In this document: piece by piece, positions 28,923 through 38,653 of the stretch
How the letters are laid out: every line of letters begins with the position of its first letter
How positions within the stretch are numbered: position 1 is the stretch's first letter
Origin: an uncultured Collinsella sp.
GTDB lineage: Bacteria; Actinomycetota; Coriobacteriia; Coriobacteriales; Coriobacteriaceae
Direction: 5' to 3'
DNA: 42,136 nt
NCBI GenBank assembly: GCA_902474645.1
Contig: CABRWN010000001.1
Location: 1 to 42,136 of the forward strand
The notes under the pieces: model-generated
Databases searched by the model: none
What the model was told of the DNA's origin: nothing
Seen by the model: the letters and a program-made list of their open reading frames with translations, nothing else
Made by a program: the position numbers and the translations under genes

Positions 28923-31900
28923 CTAGCGCTTCTTTGGGATCGACCTAAGGCGAGCGAACCATAGGGCTGCGACACCCGAGGTCAGGAGCGCGGTGATGCA
29001 AGCGGCGATGGGAGCTGATCCTGTTGCCGGTAGGTCCTGCGGTAGGGTACAGCGTTGAATGACGCTGTCCTCGTCATGTGACTCAAGTTTATCGCCGCCG
29101 CCGTTGCGGCAAAGATCGACGCGCGCGCTGTTGGTGAGTGCGGTTTGGGGCGTATAAGCCGACGTTGCCTGCATGTGTACGACTGCGCCCCGAGCGTCTG
29201 TGCCAAGGATTGCTTTGGCATCGTCAAGGTCGTCGTGCTCATCTTTGAGATCATCGCGGGTCCAAGAATCCACATCGCTTCGAGTCGTAAAGTCGGCGGC
29301 TACCGCACCGTATTCAATTCGAATGCCCGTTACGACGGTATTGGACGCAAGGTCGAGTTCTTTCGCCTCGAGTGTGGTGGATTCCGTGGTCGAGACATCC
29401 GCCTTCCAGAGGTGCCAGCCGTCGTAATCGACGAGGCGGCAATCCTCACCCAGACTCTCCCTTACTTCGTCGGACTCAAGCCAAGGATTTTCGTGCCCAT
29501 CGTCAAGTGTCGCGTTTGCCGGCTCATCGACGTCTGTCGAGTCCAACGGCGTCGTGCGATACCACACGTTGCACAGACCATTGAGGTCGCCGATGGCGAC
29601 GGGGGTTTCGATTGAGACGAATCTCGCCGTATCGTCCTCGGCACACTCAAGATCATCGGTAATTGTGAACTCATCAACCCAGGTAGTTGAATCGTTTCGA
29701 GCGTCGATGGTATAGGAGAAAAGCCCGTCCGTATTGGTTTGCATCGCGGCACGGTTTTTACCATCGCCGTTAGCCAACAGGCCCTTTTCGATAGGTTGGA
29801 CAAGTTCCTGACGCTTGTCGACCTGCCCCTTGATCTCGATGGGCGCATCCTTCATCGCGACGGATTGGACTTCTCCCGTATCCTTTATTTCAAACGTTAT
29901 CTCCTCGGCAAGGTCATAGGTCCGCGGAGACATCATTTCGCGCAACGAGTAGGTGCCGGGTGCAAGATGTTCGACGCGGTGTGGCTTGTCGGATGAGGTC
30001 CAGGAGTCTATTTCGGTTTTATCGGGACCATATAAGGCGAGCTGTGCGCCTTCCACTTCCTGCTCACCGCTTGCATCGACCTTGGAGATATCAACCTTGG
30101 TGTAATCGTCGGATACGTTAAGCCGTGCTTCTACAACGGGTGTTTTCTGGTCGGCATAAGTAAGGTCGACAATATGGGTTGTCTGATCGAGCAAGAAGCC
30201 TGCCGGCGCTTGAGTCTCGACAACCTCGTAGCGTGCGGTGCCAGATCCCAGTGGGAGGTTGCCCGCGCGTGCTTCTCCAGTTTCATCCGTCGTGACGGTC
30301 GCGACAGTCTCACCGTCGAGCGCGGCAATGCTACCGTCGGGGCGCACGATATCACCCGAGGCACGGATCTCAAAGACGGCGCCCGCGAGGCTGCTGCCGT
30401 CTATGGCATCGGTTTTAACGATCCTGATGTTTCCGGTCGCGGCGTGGTCATAATACGAGGCGATTGCAACGGGCGTTAGGTTCATGTCGGCGGGTATGTT
30501 TACCTCGATCTCTTCGCCGACAAGATAGGGCTCTTTGGCCGAGGTTTCGCGTACATAATAGGTGCCCGGCACGAGCGATTCGGGCAGTGTGACGGTCCCG
30601 GTCGCGTCAGTCGTAAAGGTGTCCATTACGTTATGTGCTGGATACCAGCAAGTTTGTGAGACAGGTTCGTGATTGCTGTCGAGGAGTTGGAAGGTGAATC
30701 CGGCTAGGGGAACAGAAGCGCCTGTTTGGGCATCGCGTTTTACAATCTGGAGATGCGTCGACAGAGCGTGGTTGTCCACGATATATTGAAGCTCGGCGCC
30801 GTCGGAAATCTGATTGGCCCCGACGGTCCATTCCCCTGCACGTTTAAAACCCTCGGGGACGGTTTCCGGAACCTCGCGAACCGTGTAGCCGGCACGGTCG
30901 TATGGGACGGCTCCGTGGACACCGGCGGGTCGCTTGCCTGTGCCGAACCATGCTTCGGGCTGATCTTTGGTGGAGGCAAAGCCATAGATGTTTGTGATCA
31001 GTGTGCCAACAACCTGCTGAGAGCTGTTGCTGACAACCTCAAAGACAACACCACCCGCCGGCTGCTCCAGGCCGGATTGGTCGCTATTGCCGTAATCCTT
31101 GAATTTGGAAATCTCAAGGTTAAACGCAATGGGGATATCGGAAACGCGAGATTCGATCTCGACCACGCCCGAATCGCCGAGCTGGTCGGCTCCAACGGTA
31201 TAGGTCCAGCTGTCGTTGGATGGCAGGTAGCCCTCGGGGGCTTTTGATTCGTAGATGGTAAAGGTTCCTAAGGGGACATCGGCGAGGGCGGCCCGACCGC
31301 TTTCGTCGGTCGTGAGGATTTGTGCCCATCCAGGGGTTGATTGCGACACACACGTGAACTCTGCTCCTGCGAGTGAAGATCCCACCTGGGGGCCGGCATT
31401 CGTCGCGGCATCGAGTTTTACGATACGCAGGTTGATGGTGCCGGGCTGTTCATCAATGGCGACCCGCCCGCCGTCATTCCCCGTGGTAAAGGCAATACGA
31501 TCGTGGCGGGGGACATAGCCGGCCGGCGCCTTCGTTTCAACTAGGTAGTATGCCGTGTTGGGCAGAAGTGTTGCTTGCGCTCGACCGTTGCTGTCCATCT
31601 TGATGGTGCCGACACGCGCGCCGCTGGCGCTCTCAAAAATATCGAATGTTGCCCCGGTAAACTGATAGGTATTGTTTCCGCTGGTAATAACGGTGTTAGC
31701 AGACTGCTTTTGGAAGGAAACAGAGACCGCCGGCAGTACATAGAGCATGTCTTGACGTTTGCTGCCGCCCGATACGGCCCCTAGATAGCGTCGCGCGCGG
31801 TGCGGAGCGGCTTTGATGCTTCCTGATTTTGCGCTGTCGTGGAGCCACCGCGCAGCCGCCACGACTTCATTGTCGGCGGTAAAGTGTCCGCTCTTGGTTT

Positions 31901-32354
31901 TACCCTGAGCGGTCGTGTAGGAGTAGGTGCCGTCGACATGGGTAGTGCCGTTGAGCATCCATACGGCAAGCTGGGTGGCGGCGCGGGCGCGATCGGGTGA
32001 AAGATGGTAACCGCCAAACGACGTGGTGGTTGGATATCCGTGACAAACGATTGCCGCGAACTCGTCGTCGAGCCACACCCAGCCTTGATCAAAGTTGAGC
32101 CATGGGCCGCCCGGTTTGGTGGGGCCGGGGCGCTCCTGGTTCATGCAATAGGCAATCGAGGTGTCTTGAGCTTCATACTTGCCGATGAAGAAGGGTCCAC
32201 AATCATCGCTAATAGTGCGGAAGCCGAGCTGGTCGTAGCCATCGACGGCAAATGCGGCTCCCGGTGCCAGGCAGCCGAAAAGCAGGAAGAGGAGCAGGAG
32301 CAGCGGACCTGTTGCGATTGCGCTGTGGACAGAGTGCGTGGGTGCGTTGGACAT
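28923..32354 (-). CDS. sortase-anchored surface adhesin with thioester domain (TED) and SpaA/Cna-B isopeptide repeats
   Basis: Signal peptide; AYCMN, ATQLAVW and RQDML TED motifs; repeated L.GA.F / Y...E..AP.GY units; C-terminal LPATG + TM + basic tail. Confidence 0.9.
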   Translation of the reverse strand: MSNAPTHSVHSAIATGPLLLLLFLLFGCLAPGAAFAVDGYDQLGFRTISDDCGPFFIGKYEAQDTSIAYCMNQERPGPTKPGGPWLNFDQGWVWLDDEFAAIVCHGYPTTTSFGGYHLSPDRARAATQLAVWMLNGTTHVDGTYSYTTAQGKTKSGHFTADNEVVAAARWLHDSAKSGSIKAAPHRARRYLGAVSGGSKRQDMLYVLPAVSVSFQKQSANTVITSGNNTYQFTGATFDIFESASGARVGTIKMDSNGRAQATLLPNTAYYLVETKAPAGYVPRHDRIAFTTGNDGGRVAIDEQPGTINLRIVKLDAATNAGPQVGSSLAGAEFTCVSQSTPGWAQILTTDESGRAALADVPLGTFTIYESKAPEGYLPSNDSWTYTVGADQLGDSGVVEIESRVSDIPIAFNLEISKFKDYGNSDQSGLEQPAGGVVFEVVSNSSQQVVGTLITNIYGFASTKDQPEAWFGTGKRPAGVHGAVPYDRAGYTVREVPETVPEGFKRAGEWTVGANQISDGAELQYIVDNHALSTHLQIVKRDAQTGASVPLAGFTFQLLDSNHEPVSQTCWYPAHNVMDTFTTDATGTVTLPESLVPGTYYVRETSAKEPYLVGEEIEVNIPADMNLTPVAIASYYDHAATGNIRIVKTDAIDGSSLAGAVFEIRASGDIVRPDGSIAALDGETVATVTTDETGEARAGNLPLGSGTARYEVVETQAPAGFLLDQTTHIVDLTYADQKTPVVEARLNVSDDYTKVDISKVDASGEQEVEGAQLALYGPDKTEIDSWTSSDKPHRVEHLAPGTYSLREMMSPRTYDLAEEITFEIKDTGEVQSVAMKDAPIEIKGQVDKRQELVQPIEKGLLANGDGKNRAAMQTNTDGLFSYTIDARNDSTTWVDEFTITDDLECAEDDTARFVSIETPVAIGDLNGLCNVWYRTTPLDSTDVDEPANATLDDGHENPWLESDEVRESLGEDCRLVDYDGWHLWKADVSTTESTTLEAKELDLASNTVVTGIRIEYGAVAADFTTRSDVDSWTRDDLKDEHDDLDDAKAILGTDARGAVVHMQATSAYTPQTALTNSARVDLCRNGGGDKLESHDEDSVIQRCTLPQDLPATGSAPIAACITALLTSGVAALWFARLRSIPKKR

Positions 32355-32608
32355 GGCTGCTCCTTATCCCTCGTGCGTCGCACGGGGAGGCTGCGACGCG
32401 TAGGATGAGGCTACCCCCGAGGTTCATGCGGGTAAGTACCGGAGCCTGACCAAAAGCTTGCCCAATTCCTGACAAATTGAGCTCAAATACAACAATCAAG
32501 CAAAAGTGCAGGTAGAAGATAGGGAGAACAGGAAGTCAAAGGTCCTCGTCTCCACAATTGACGCGATTTTCAAACGAATCTCCACAGCTAAAACAAGCAT
32601 CGCCACCC

Positions 32609-32638
32609 TTGTATCGAACAAGACAACCGCGTTATACT
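32609..32638 (+). promoter_or_regulatory. putative promoter of tRNA-Gly
   Basis: TTGTAT, 18 bp spacer, TATACT, 13 nt before the tRNA. Confidence 0.5.
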
Positions 32639-32651
32639 ATCCCCCACATAT

Positions 32652-32726
32652 GCGGGCATCGCCAAGTGGTAAGGCATCAGCTTCCCAAGCTGACACTCGC
32701 GGGTTCGAGTCCCGTTGCCCGCTCCA
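32652..32726 (+). tRNA. tRNA-Gly(CCC)
   Basis: Acceptor GCGGGCA/TGCCCGC, anticodon arm TCAGC-TTCCCAA-GCTGA, GGTTCGAGTCC T-loop, encoded CCA. Confidence 0.96.
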
Positions 32727-32736
32727 TTCGAATTTC

Positions 32737-32769
32737 AGGCACGGTAACGTTTCGTTACCGTGCCTTTTT
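32737..32769 (+). terminator. intrinsic terminator after tRNA-Gly
   Basis: AGGCACGGTAACG-TTT-CGTTACCGTGCCT + T-run. Confidence 0.85.
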
Positions 32770-32780
32770 CAATAAAGTGC

Positions 32781-33047
32781 CGGGACTCGAACCCGACAGG
32801 GTGCGAGCGTTAAATAAACGCGAAGCGTTTATAGCGAGCAGGCAAGGTCGCCGATAGGCGGCCGCAGCCGGTGCGCGTCCGCGACGCGGGCGCGCGGACG
32901 TCCCGTTGCCCGCTCCATCGAGTACGGGGGACCTCGGGAACGTCGGGTCCAACCCGCTGTGCCCGTGCGTGTGCGCGGACCGGGTCTGCCGACCGCAGCC
33001 GGTGCGGATTTGCGAAGCAAATACGCGGATGTCCCCATGGCTGCTCT
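32781..33047 (+). repeat. tRNA-Gly-linked structured repeat units (one complete, one degenerate)
   Basis: 15-bp antisense T-arm copy 32781-32795; 19-bp tRNA 3'-end direct repeat 32900-32918; CCGCAGCCGGTGCG repeated at 32862 and 32993; degenerate 3'-end copy 33031-33047. Confidence 0.8.
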
Positions 33048-33150
33048 TGCGGCAAAATGTTAGGTTAATGCCTGCTGCCCATACTTGCACCTGCGCACGG
33101 TACAATGGTTGGGTTACGACCAACGTGCCAATAACCAAAAAGGAGCCGCT

Positions 33151-34497
33151 ATGATCGATCGCTATACCCGCCCGGAGATGGGACACATCTTCTCCCTCGA
33201 GAACAAGTACGCCATTTGGCAGGAGATCGAGGTCTTGGCCTGCGAGGCCCAGGCGGAGCTCGGCAAGATCGGTATTTCCAAAGACGAGGCCCAGTGGATC
33301 CGCGACCATGCCAACTTTGAGAAGGCGAAGGTCGATGAGATCGAGGAAGTCACGCGCCACGACGTCATTGCCTTTCTGACCAACATGAAGGAATACATCG
33401 ATGCCGATGTTCCCGAGGGCGACCCCAAGCCCAGCCGCTGGGTTCACTATGGCATGACCAGCTCCGATCTGGGCGACACGGCCCTGTGCTACCAGCTCAC
33501 CCAGGCCTGCGACCTGATCATCGAGGACGTCAAGAAGCTCGGCGAGATTTGCAAGCGTCGCGCCTTTGAGGAGCGCAACACGCTCTGTGCCGGCCGCACT
33601 CATGGCATCCACGCCGAGCCGATGACCTTCGGCATGAAGTTTGGCTCTTGGGCCTGGGAGCTCAAGCGCGATCTGGATCGTCTTGAGGACGCCCGCAAGA
33701 ATGTTGCCTTCGGTGCCATCTCGGGCGCTGTCGGCACGTACAGCTCCATCGAGCCGTTTGTCGAGGAGTACGTCTGCGAGCACCTGGGCCTGGTTCACGA
33801 CCCGCTGTCCACGCAGGTTATCAGCCGCGACCATCACGCCTATCTCGCCGGCGTTCTCGCCACCACCGCAGCCACCTGCGAGCGCATCGCTACCGAGGTT
33901 CGCAATCTACAGAAGACCGATACGCTCGAGGCCGAGGAGCCGTTCCGTAAGGGCCAAAAGGGCAGCTCAGCCATGCCGCACAAGCGCAACCCCATCACCA
34001 TGGAGAAAGTCTGCGGTCTGTCGCGCGTCGTGAAGTCCAACGCCCAAGTTGCCTTCGATAACGTCGCCCTGTGGCACGAGCGTGACATTTCGCACTCCTC
34101 TGCCGAGCGCGTCGCCCAGGCCGACAGCTTCATCGCCCTCGACCACATGTTCCAGTGCCTCATTCGCGTTATCGACGGCCTGCAGCTGTACCCTGCCCGC
34201 ATGATGGCCAACCTCAATAAGACCCGCGGCCTCATCTTCTCCTCCAAGGTGCTGCTCGCCCTCGTCGACACGGGCATCACCCGCGAGGACGCGTACGCCA
34301 TTGTGCAGGAGAACGCCATGGCAACCTGGCACGAGGTACAGGATTGTGTCTCCGGCCCTACCTTTAAGGAGCGTCTCGAGGCTGACCCGCGCTGCACCGT
34401 CAGCCAGGAAAAGCTCGATGAGATCTTTGATCCGTGGGACTTCCTCACCCGTATTGACACGGTCTTTGATCGTCTGGAGCAGCTGAGCTTCGAGTAG
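33151..34497 (+). CDS. purB: adenylosuccinate lyase
   Basis: MIDRYTRPEM, HDVIAF, HYGMTSSD, GRTHGIHAEP, GSSAMPHKRNP; AAGGAG RBS before ATG 33151. Confidence 0.97.
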   Translation: MIDRYTRPEMGHIFSLENKYAIWQEIEVLACEAQAELGKIGISKDEAQWIRDHANFEKAKVDEIEEVTRHDVIAFLTNMKEYIDADVPEGDPKPSRWVHYGMTSSDLGDTALCYQLTQACDLIIEDVKKLGEICKRRAFEERNTLCAGRTHGIHAEPMTFGMKFGSWAWELKRDLDRLEDARKNVAFGAISGAVGTYSSIEPFVEEYVCEHLGLVHDPLSTQVISRDHHAYLAGVLATTAATCERIATEVRNLQKTDTLEAEEPFRKGQKGSSAMPHKRNPITMEKVCGLSRVVKSNAQVAFDNVALWHERDISHSSAERVAQADSFIALDHMFQCLIRVIDGLQLYPARMMANLNKTRGLIFSSKVLLALVDTGITREDAYAIVQENAMATWHEVQDCVSGPTFKERLEADPRCTVSQEKLDEIFDPWDFLTRIDTVFDRLEQLSFE

Positions 34498-34625
34498 GTT
34501 CGGGCATAACGTTAGCTTTTTAGGGCGCTTTGCTGGTAATGTGTGTTGCCGGCGAAGCGCCTCGTTGCATTTAGGGAAAGACGGGGATAATAGTCGTCTC
34601 GAATAACATTCTGAGAGGGGATCGC

Positions 34626-34889
34626 ATGATTTCGTTTGATTACAAGCCTCAGGGCGTGTGTGCTCGCAATATTCACCTTGACCTTTCCGATGACGGCAAC
34701 AAGGTGATGGGCGTTGAGTTTACCGGTGGCTGCGACGGCAATCTCAAGGCAATCTCCAAGCTGGTCGAGGGCGCTCCTGCCGATCGCGTAATCGAGGTTC
34801 TCGCCGGTAATACCTGCGGTATGAAAAAGACCTCCTGCGCCGACCAGCTTACGCGCGCTATCGAGGCCGCTCGCGCCGAGATCGCCTAA
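34626..34889 (+). CDS. TSCPD-domain protein (TIGR03905-like)
   Basis: GVC..., FTGGCDGNL, TCG.K.TSCADQL. Confidence 0.85.
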   Translation: MISFDYKPQGVCARNIHLDLSDDGNKVMGVEFTGGCDGNLKAISKLVEGAPADRVIEVLAGNTCGMKKTSCADQLTRAIEAARAEIA

Positions 34890-36100
34890 TGGGTATCGCC
34901 GATCACATCAAGAACGGAATATCGCGTCGCGGCTTTGTACTCGGTGGGGCTGCCGCGGGCGCTGCCACGGTGCTTGCCGGATGCTCGAAAAAAACGGGTA
35001 CCAGCGATGATGCTGCCGGCGAGCCGCAGGTTATCAAGGACGATTCCAAAATCATCTCGATTACGGATGAGTACGAGGCAGTCGACATCGATCTTGAGCC
35101 GGCGGCGTCGTGGACGCTGCCGCTGGGTACGCTGCTGTACTACTGCGACGGCGATTACGCCGCGGCGATGATGGCGCCCGCATCGGCACTGCACGCCAAC
35201 ACACTCGGTGTGCTCAACCTGGGCGATGGCTCGCTTACCACATTAATCGAGGATCCTATCGAGGGCACGGGATATGCATTCTACGATGTCCGTGCCGGCG
35301 ACGGCGTGTTTGCGTGGGTTGAGATGAACTTTGCCAATTCATCGTGGAAGCTCTACGCTCAAAATCTGTCGGGCGCTTCGCTCTCTGGCGATGTGGTTGA
35401 GCTCGATCGAGGTGGCAAGGACTATGATCCGCCCCTGTTTACGGCGTTCGGGTCATCGGTTATCTGGTATAAAATGCCTTCGGCAGGCGGCAATAAAACG
35501 AGTAGTGATTCGTTTTGCTATCGTCGCTCGCTTGATGAATCCAAGGCCGAGGCAATTTGGAAATCGACGGGCCGCTTTGCATCGGCCCCGCGCGCGAGCG
35601 ACGGCATTTTGACCATCTCGCCGCGTGTCCGCAACGACGAGGGCGTCTACTACGGCATAACGGCAATCGATCTGACAGATGGCAACAACACCAAACGTGC
35701 CCAGCTAGTCCTTCCCTCGTCAGTCTCGCCTTTCGAGGCCGTATATATGGGCGATACCTTCGTGTTTTCTATCGAGGCGACCTATAGTGGCGTGGGCAGC
35801 TTGGGCAACATGGGCACGTATATCGGTAATGAGGGAGGGCCGTACCTCTTTCTGTCACGCGAGCCGCTCGCATGCGCGGCTGGCAAGAAGAATAAATACC
35901 TTGTTAAGGTACAGGCGTCGCATTTCCTGATCGACACCTCTGCCAAGACCTATGGCTCGCTGCTGTCGCCCGACCGCGCTTTGGAGTATGGCGATTATCC
36001 AGCTACGGCGGGAAAATCGGACTCATTCCTTACGTACGCCACGGTGCGCAACAGCCAGGGTATACCAGAGACGGTCACTGCACGCCTATTCTCTCTTTAA
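34889..36100 (+). CDS. Tat-exported lipoprotein of unknown function
   Basis: Twin-arginine ISRRGFVLG and lipobox VLAGC; TAATG overlap with the upstream gene. Confidence 0.8.
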   Translation: MGIADHIKNGISRRGFVLGGAAAGAATVLAGCSKKTGTSDDAAGEPQVIKDDSKIISITDEYEAVDIDLEPAASWTLPLGTLLYYCDGDYAAAMMAPASALHANTLGVLNLGDGSLTTLIEDPIEGTGYAFYDVRAGDGVFAWVEMNFANSSWKLYAQNLSGASLSGDVVELDRGGKDYDPPLFTAFGSSVIWYKMPSAGGNKTSSDSFCYRRSLDESKAEAIWKSTGRFASAPRASDGILTISPRVRNDEGVYYGITAIDLTDGNNTKRAQLVLPSSVSPFEAVYMGDTFVFSIEATYSGVGSLGNMGTYIGNEGGPYLFLSREPLACAAGKKNKYLVKVQASHFLIDTSAKTYGSLLSPDRALEYGDYPATAGKSDSFLTYATVRNSQGIPETVTARLFSL

Positions 36101-36253
36101 GCTTAGAGGGGTTAAAAAGGCGCCAACAGGGGAATAAACGCGTTGTAATTGTGAGTACCGCCCGCCGAGCTGCCGCGTCATAGCGGCATCCGGCGGGCTC
36201 AGGTGCGTTAAAATGGGCTTGTTCTTAGCTAATTGAGACAGGGGGGCCGTGTT

Positions 36254-36976
36254 ATGGCTTCAGATGCAAAAAAGATTCTGCTGGTCGAGGATGAGAAGGC
36301 AATCCGTGACGCCGTCGCTGCCTATCTCGAGCGCGAAGGCTACTGGGTTGTGGGCGTCGGCGACGGCCAGTCCGCGATCGAGGAGTTCGAGAAGCATCAG
36401 TTCGACCTGGTCGTGCTCGACCTTATGCTCCCCAAGATCCCCGGCGAGCGCGTTTGCCGCACCATTCGCGATACCTCGGATGTCCCCATCATCATGCTGA
36501 CGGCTAAGGGCGAGATCGAGGACCGTATTATCGGTCTTGAGCTCGGCGCCGACGACTATCTGATTAAGCCGTTCTCGCCGCGCGAGCTCGTCGCCCGCGT
36601 TCGCGCTCTGTTCCGCCGTGCCCATCAGGCCGACGAGCCCGCCGTCGAGGTGCTCGACTTCGGCGATCTGGTCATCGATATCTCGGGCCACAAGATCTTG
36701 GTCGAAGGCAAGGAAGTCGATCTGACGGCTTCCGAGTTCAAGCTGCTCACCACGCTCGCCCGCCATCCCGGCCGTGTGTATAACCGCATGGAGCTGGTCG
36801 AGAAAGTGCTCGGGTATGACTTTGAGGGCTATGAGCGCACTATCGATAGCCACGTGAAGAACCTTCGCGCCAAGCTGGGCGATGATCCCAAGAAGCCCAA
36901 GTGGCTCTACACCGTCCATGGTGTCGGCTATCGCTTCGAGGCTCCGGCCAAGACCGATAAGTCGGACGAGAAATAG
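36254..36976 (+). CDS. OmpR/PhoB-family response regulator
   Basis: LLVEDE, LDLMLP, IIMLTAK, GADDYLIKPF, RTIDSHVKNLRAKL, TVHGVGYRF. Confidence 0.95.
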   Translation: MASDAKKILLVEDEKAIRDAVAAYLEREGYWVVGVGDGQSAIEEFEKHQFDLVVLDLMLPKIPGERVCRTIRDTSDVPIIMLTAKGEIEDRIIGLELGADDYLIKPFSPRELVARVRALFRRAHQADEPAVEVLDFGDLVIDISGHKILVEGKEVDLTASEFKLLTTLARHPGRVYNRMELVEKVLGYDFEGYERTIDSHVKNLRAKLGDDPKKPKWLYTVHGVGYRFEAPAKTDKSDEK

Positions 36977-36987
36977 GGAAATCACAT

Positions 36988-38553
36988 ATGACACCTGCGC
37001 GCTTTGAAATCGGACAAAAGCACAAGCAGGAGAGCGAGGCGGGTTCCAAGGCTAGTTGGAACACGCCTCGTTCCGATTCACGGCCAACGATGAGCTATCC
37101 CTCGCGCATGGCACTTGCTTTTGCTCTGACATCGCTCATGACAGTATTGGTGCTGGTGGGCGTTGTCTCTGTTGTGTGGGGCACGGTCTTTTCGGATTAC
37201 ACACGCTCCAATATCGTCGAAATCGCAAATTCCGCTGCCGAGAAGTTGGCAACCTCATATGAGGAAAACGGCTCTTGGACCGCGGGGGAACTGCGCACGG
37301 TCGCAACGTCGAGTTTGGTTTCCGACGATCTGGGTATGCAGGTCGTCAATAAAAAGGGCGTGATCGTTTATGACGATTCCTGGCCCTCGGCAAGCGCCAC
37401 CGCCGATGTACGCGAAAACCAGGCTACGACCGACGACACGAGCGGCAAGAGGGCATCGCATAGCCCGGTCTCGTCTGCTCCAACCGACTCCGATAGCGTT
37501 GCTAACGTCGAGATTGTAACGTCTTCCGGCGAGCATGTCGGACAGGTAAAGCTGTGGGCCATCGGCTCCGACGCGCTGCTCACCAAGGCGGACTCTGCGT
37601 TTAGGGAGAAGACCTTTAACGCCATGGCCCTCGCCGCGGTTGTTGCAATCTGCATTTCGGTCGTTATCGGATCGCTCGTGTCGCGCATGCTCACCAAGCC
37701 GATTCATCGCATCACCAGTACCGCAAAGCAAATCCGTGACGGCGACCTGTCGGCTCGCACGGGACTGCGCGGTGATGACGAGATCGATCAGCTGGGTGAG
37801 ACCTTCGATGAGATGGCCACTTCGCTCGAGAAGGATATGAAACACGAGAAGCGCCTGACCTCTGATGTTGCCCACGAGCTGCGCACGCCGCTCATGGCCA
37901 TGCTTGCAACGGTCGAGGCCATGCAGGATGGCGTGTATCCCACTGACGATGAGCATTTGGAGACCGTTGCTTCTGAGACGCGTCGCCTGGCTCGTCTGGT
38001 GCAGCAGATGCTCGACCTATCGCGTATGGAAAACAGCACGGCTCCGCTCAATCTAGAACCGGTGGACATGGTTCCGTTCGTGCGATCGATTGTGAACGGC
38101 CAGGAGCGTCTGTTTGCCGACCGTGACCTTCGTCTTCGCTTTGCAGATGAAACCCAAGGGCACGACGATGTCGTCGAAGCCGATCCCGACATGATCACGC
38201 AATGCGTCATCAACCTCATGAGCAACGCCATGCGCTACACCCCCGAGGGCGGTTGGGTCGTGGTGTCGGTGCTCAGTGACCGCAAGCATGTCAGTATTGC
38301 CGTTTCGGATACCGGTATCGGTATTGCCAAGGACGATCTGTCGCGCATCTTCGGGCGGTTTTGGCGCGCCGATGCCAGCCGCGCCCGCGAAGCTGGCGGC
38401 CTGGGCGTTGGCCTCGCCGTGACCAAGCAGATCGTCGAGCGTCACCATGGCTACATATCCGTGGAGTCGGAGCTTGGAAAGGGTACGACTTTTACAATTC
38501 ATCTGCCCCGCGAGCACACGGCGGACGCGGCATCTACTACAATGGAGCACTAG
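36988..38553 (+). CDS. membrane sensor histidine kinase (HAMP-HisKA-HATPase_c)
   Basis: Two TM helices, HAMP, DVAHELRTPL, NLMSNAMRY, DTGIG, GLGVGL. Confidence 0.95.
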   Translation: MTPARFEIGQKHKQESEAGSKASWNTPRSDSRPTMSYPSRMALAFALTSLMTVLVLVGVVSVVWGTVFSDYTRSNIVEIANSAAEKLATSYEENGSWTAGELRTVATSSLVSDDLGMQVVNKKGVIVYDDSWPSASATADVRENQATTDDTSGKRASHSPVSSAPTDSDSVANVEIVTSSGEHVGQVKLWAIGSDALLTKADSAFREKTFNAMALAAVVAICISVVIGSLVSRMLTKPIHRITSTAKQIRDGDLSARTGLRGDDEIDQLGETFDEMATSLEKDMKHEKRLTSDVAHELRTPLMAMLATVEAMQDGVYPTDDEHLETVASETRRLARLVQQMLDLSRMENSTAPLNLEPVDMVPFVRSIVNGQERLFADRDLRLRFADETQGHDDVVEADPDMITQCVINLMSNAMRYTPEGGWVVVSVLSDRKHVSIAVSDTGIGIAKDDLSRIFGRFWRADASRAREAGGLGVGLAVTKQIVERHHGYISVESELGKGTTFTIHLPREHTADAASTTMEH

Positions 38554-38653
38554 CTTTTCGCTATTCGGTGAAGGAGGGGCCGCGTCCCTGCCGCTCCGAG
38601 TTTGCGAAAACATGCGGGAAAGAACCCGCATTTCTGTCGTATTTAGGTAAGGA

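Noticed and set aside
32727..32918. Intact prophage or ICE at tRNA-Gly or tRNA-Lys
   Set aside because: The att-like repeats are under 200 bp apart with no integrase or cargo; reported instead as structured repeat units.
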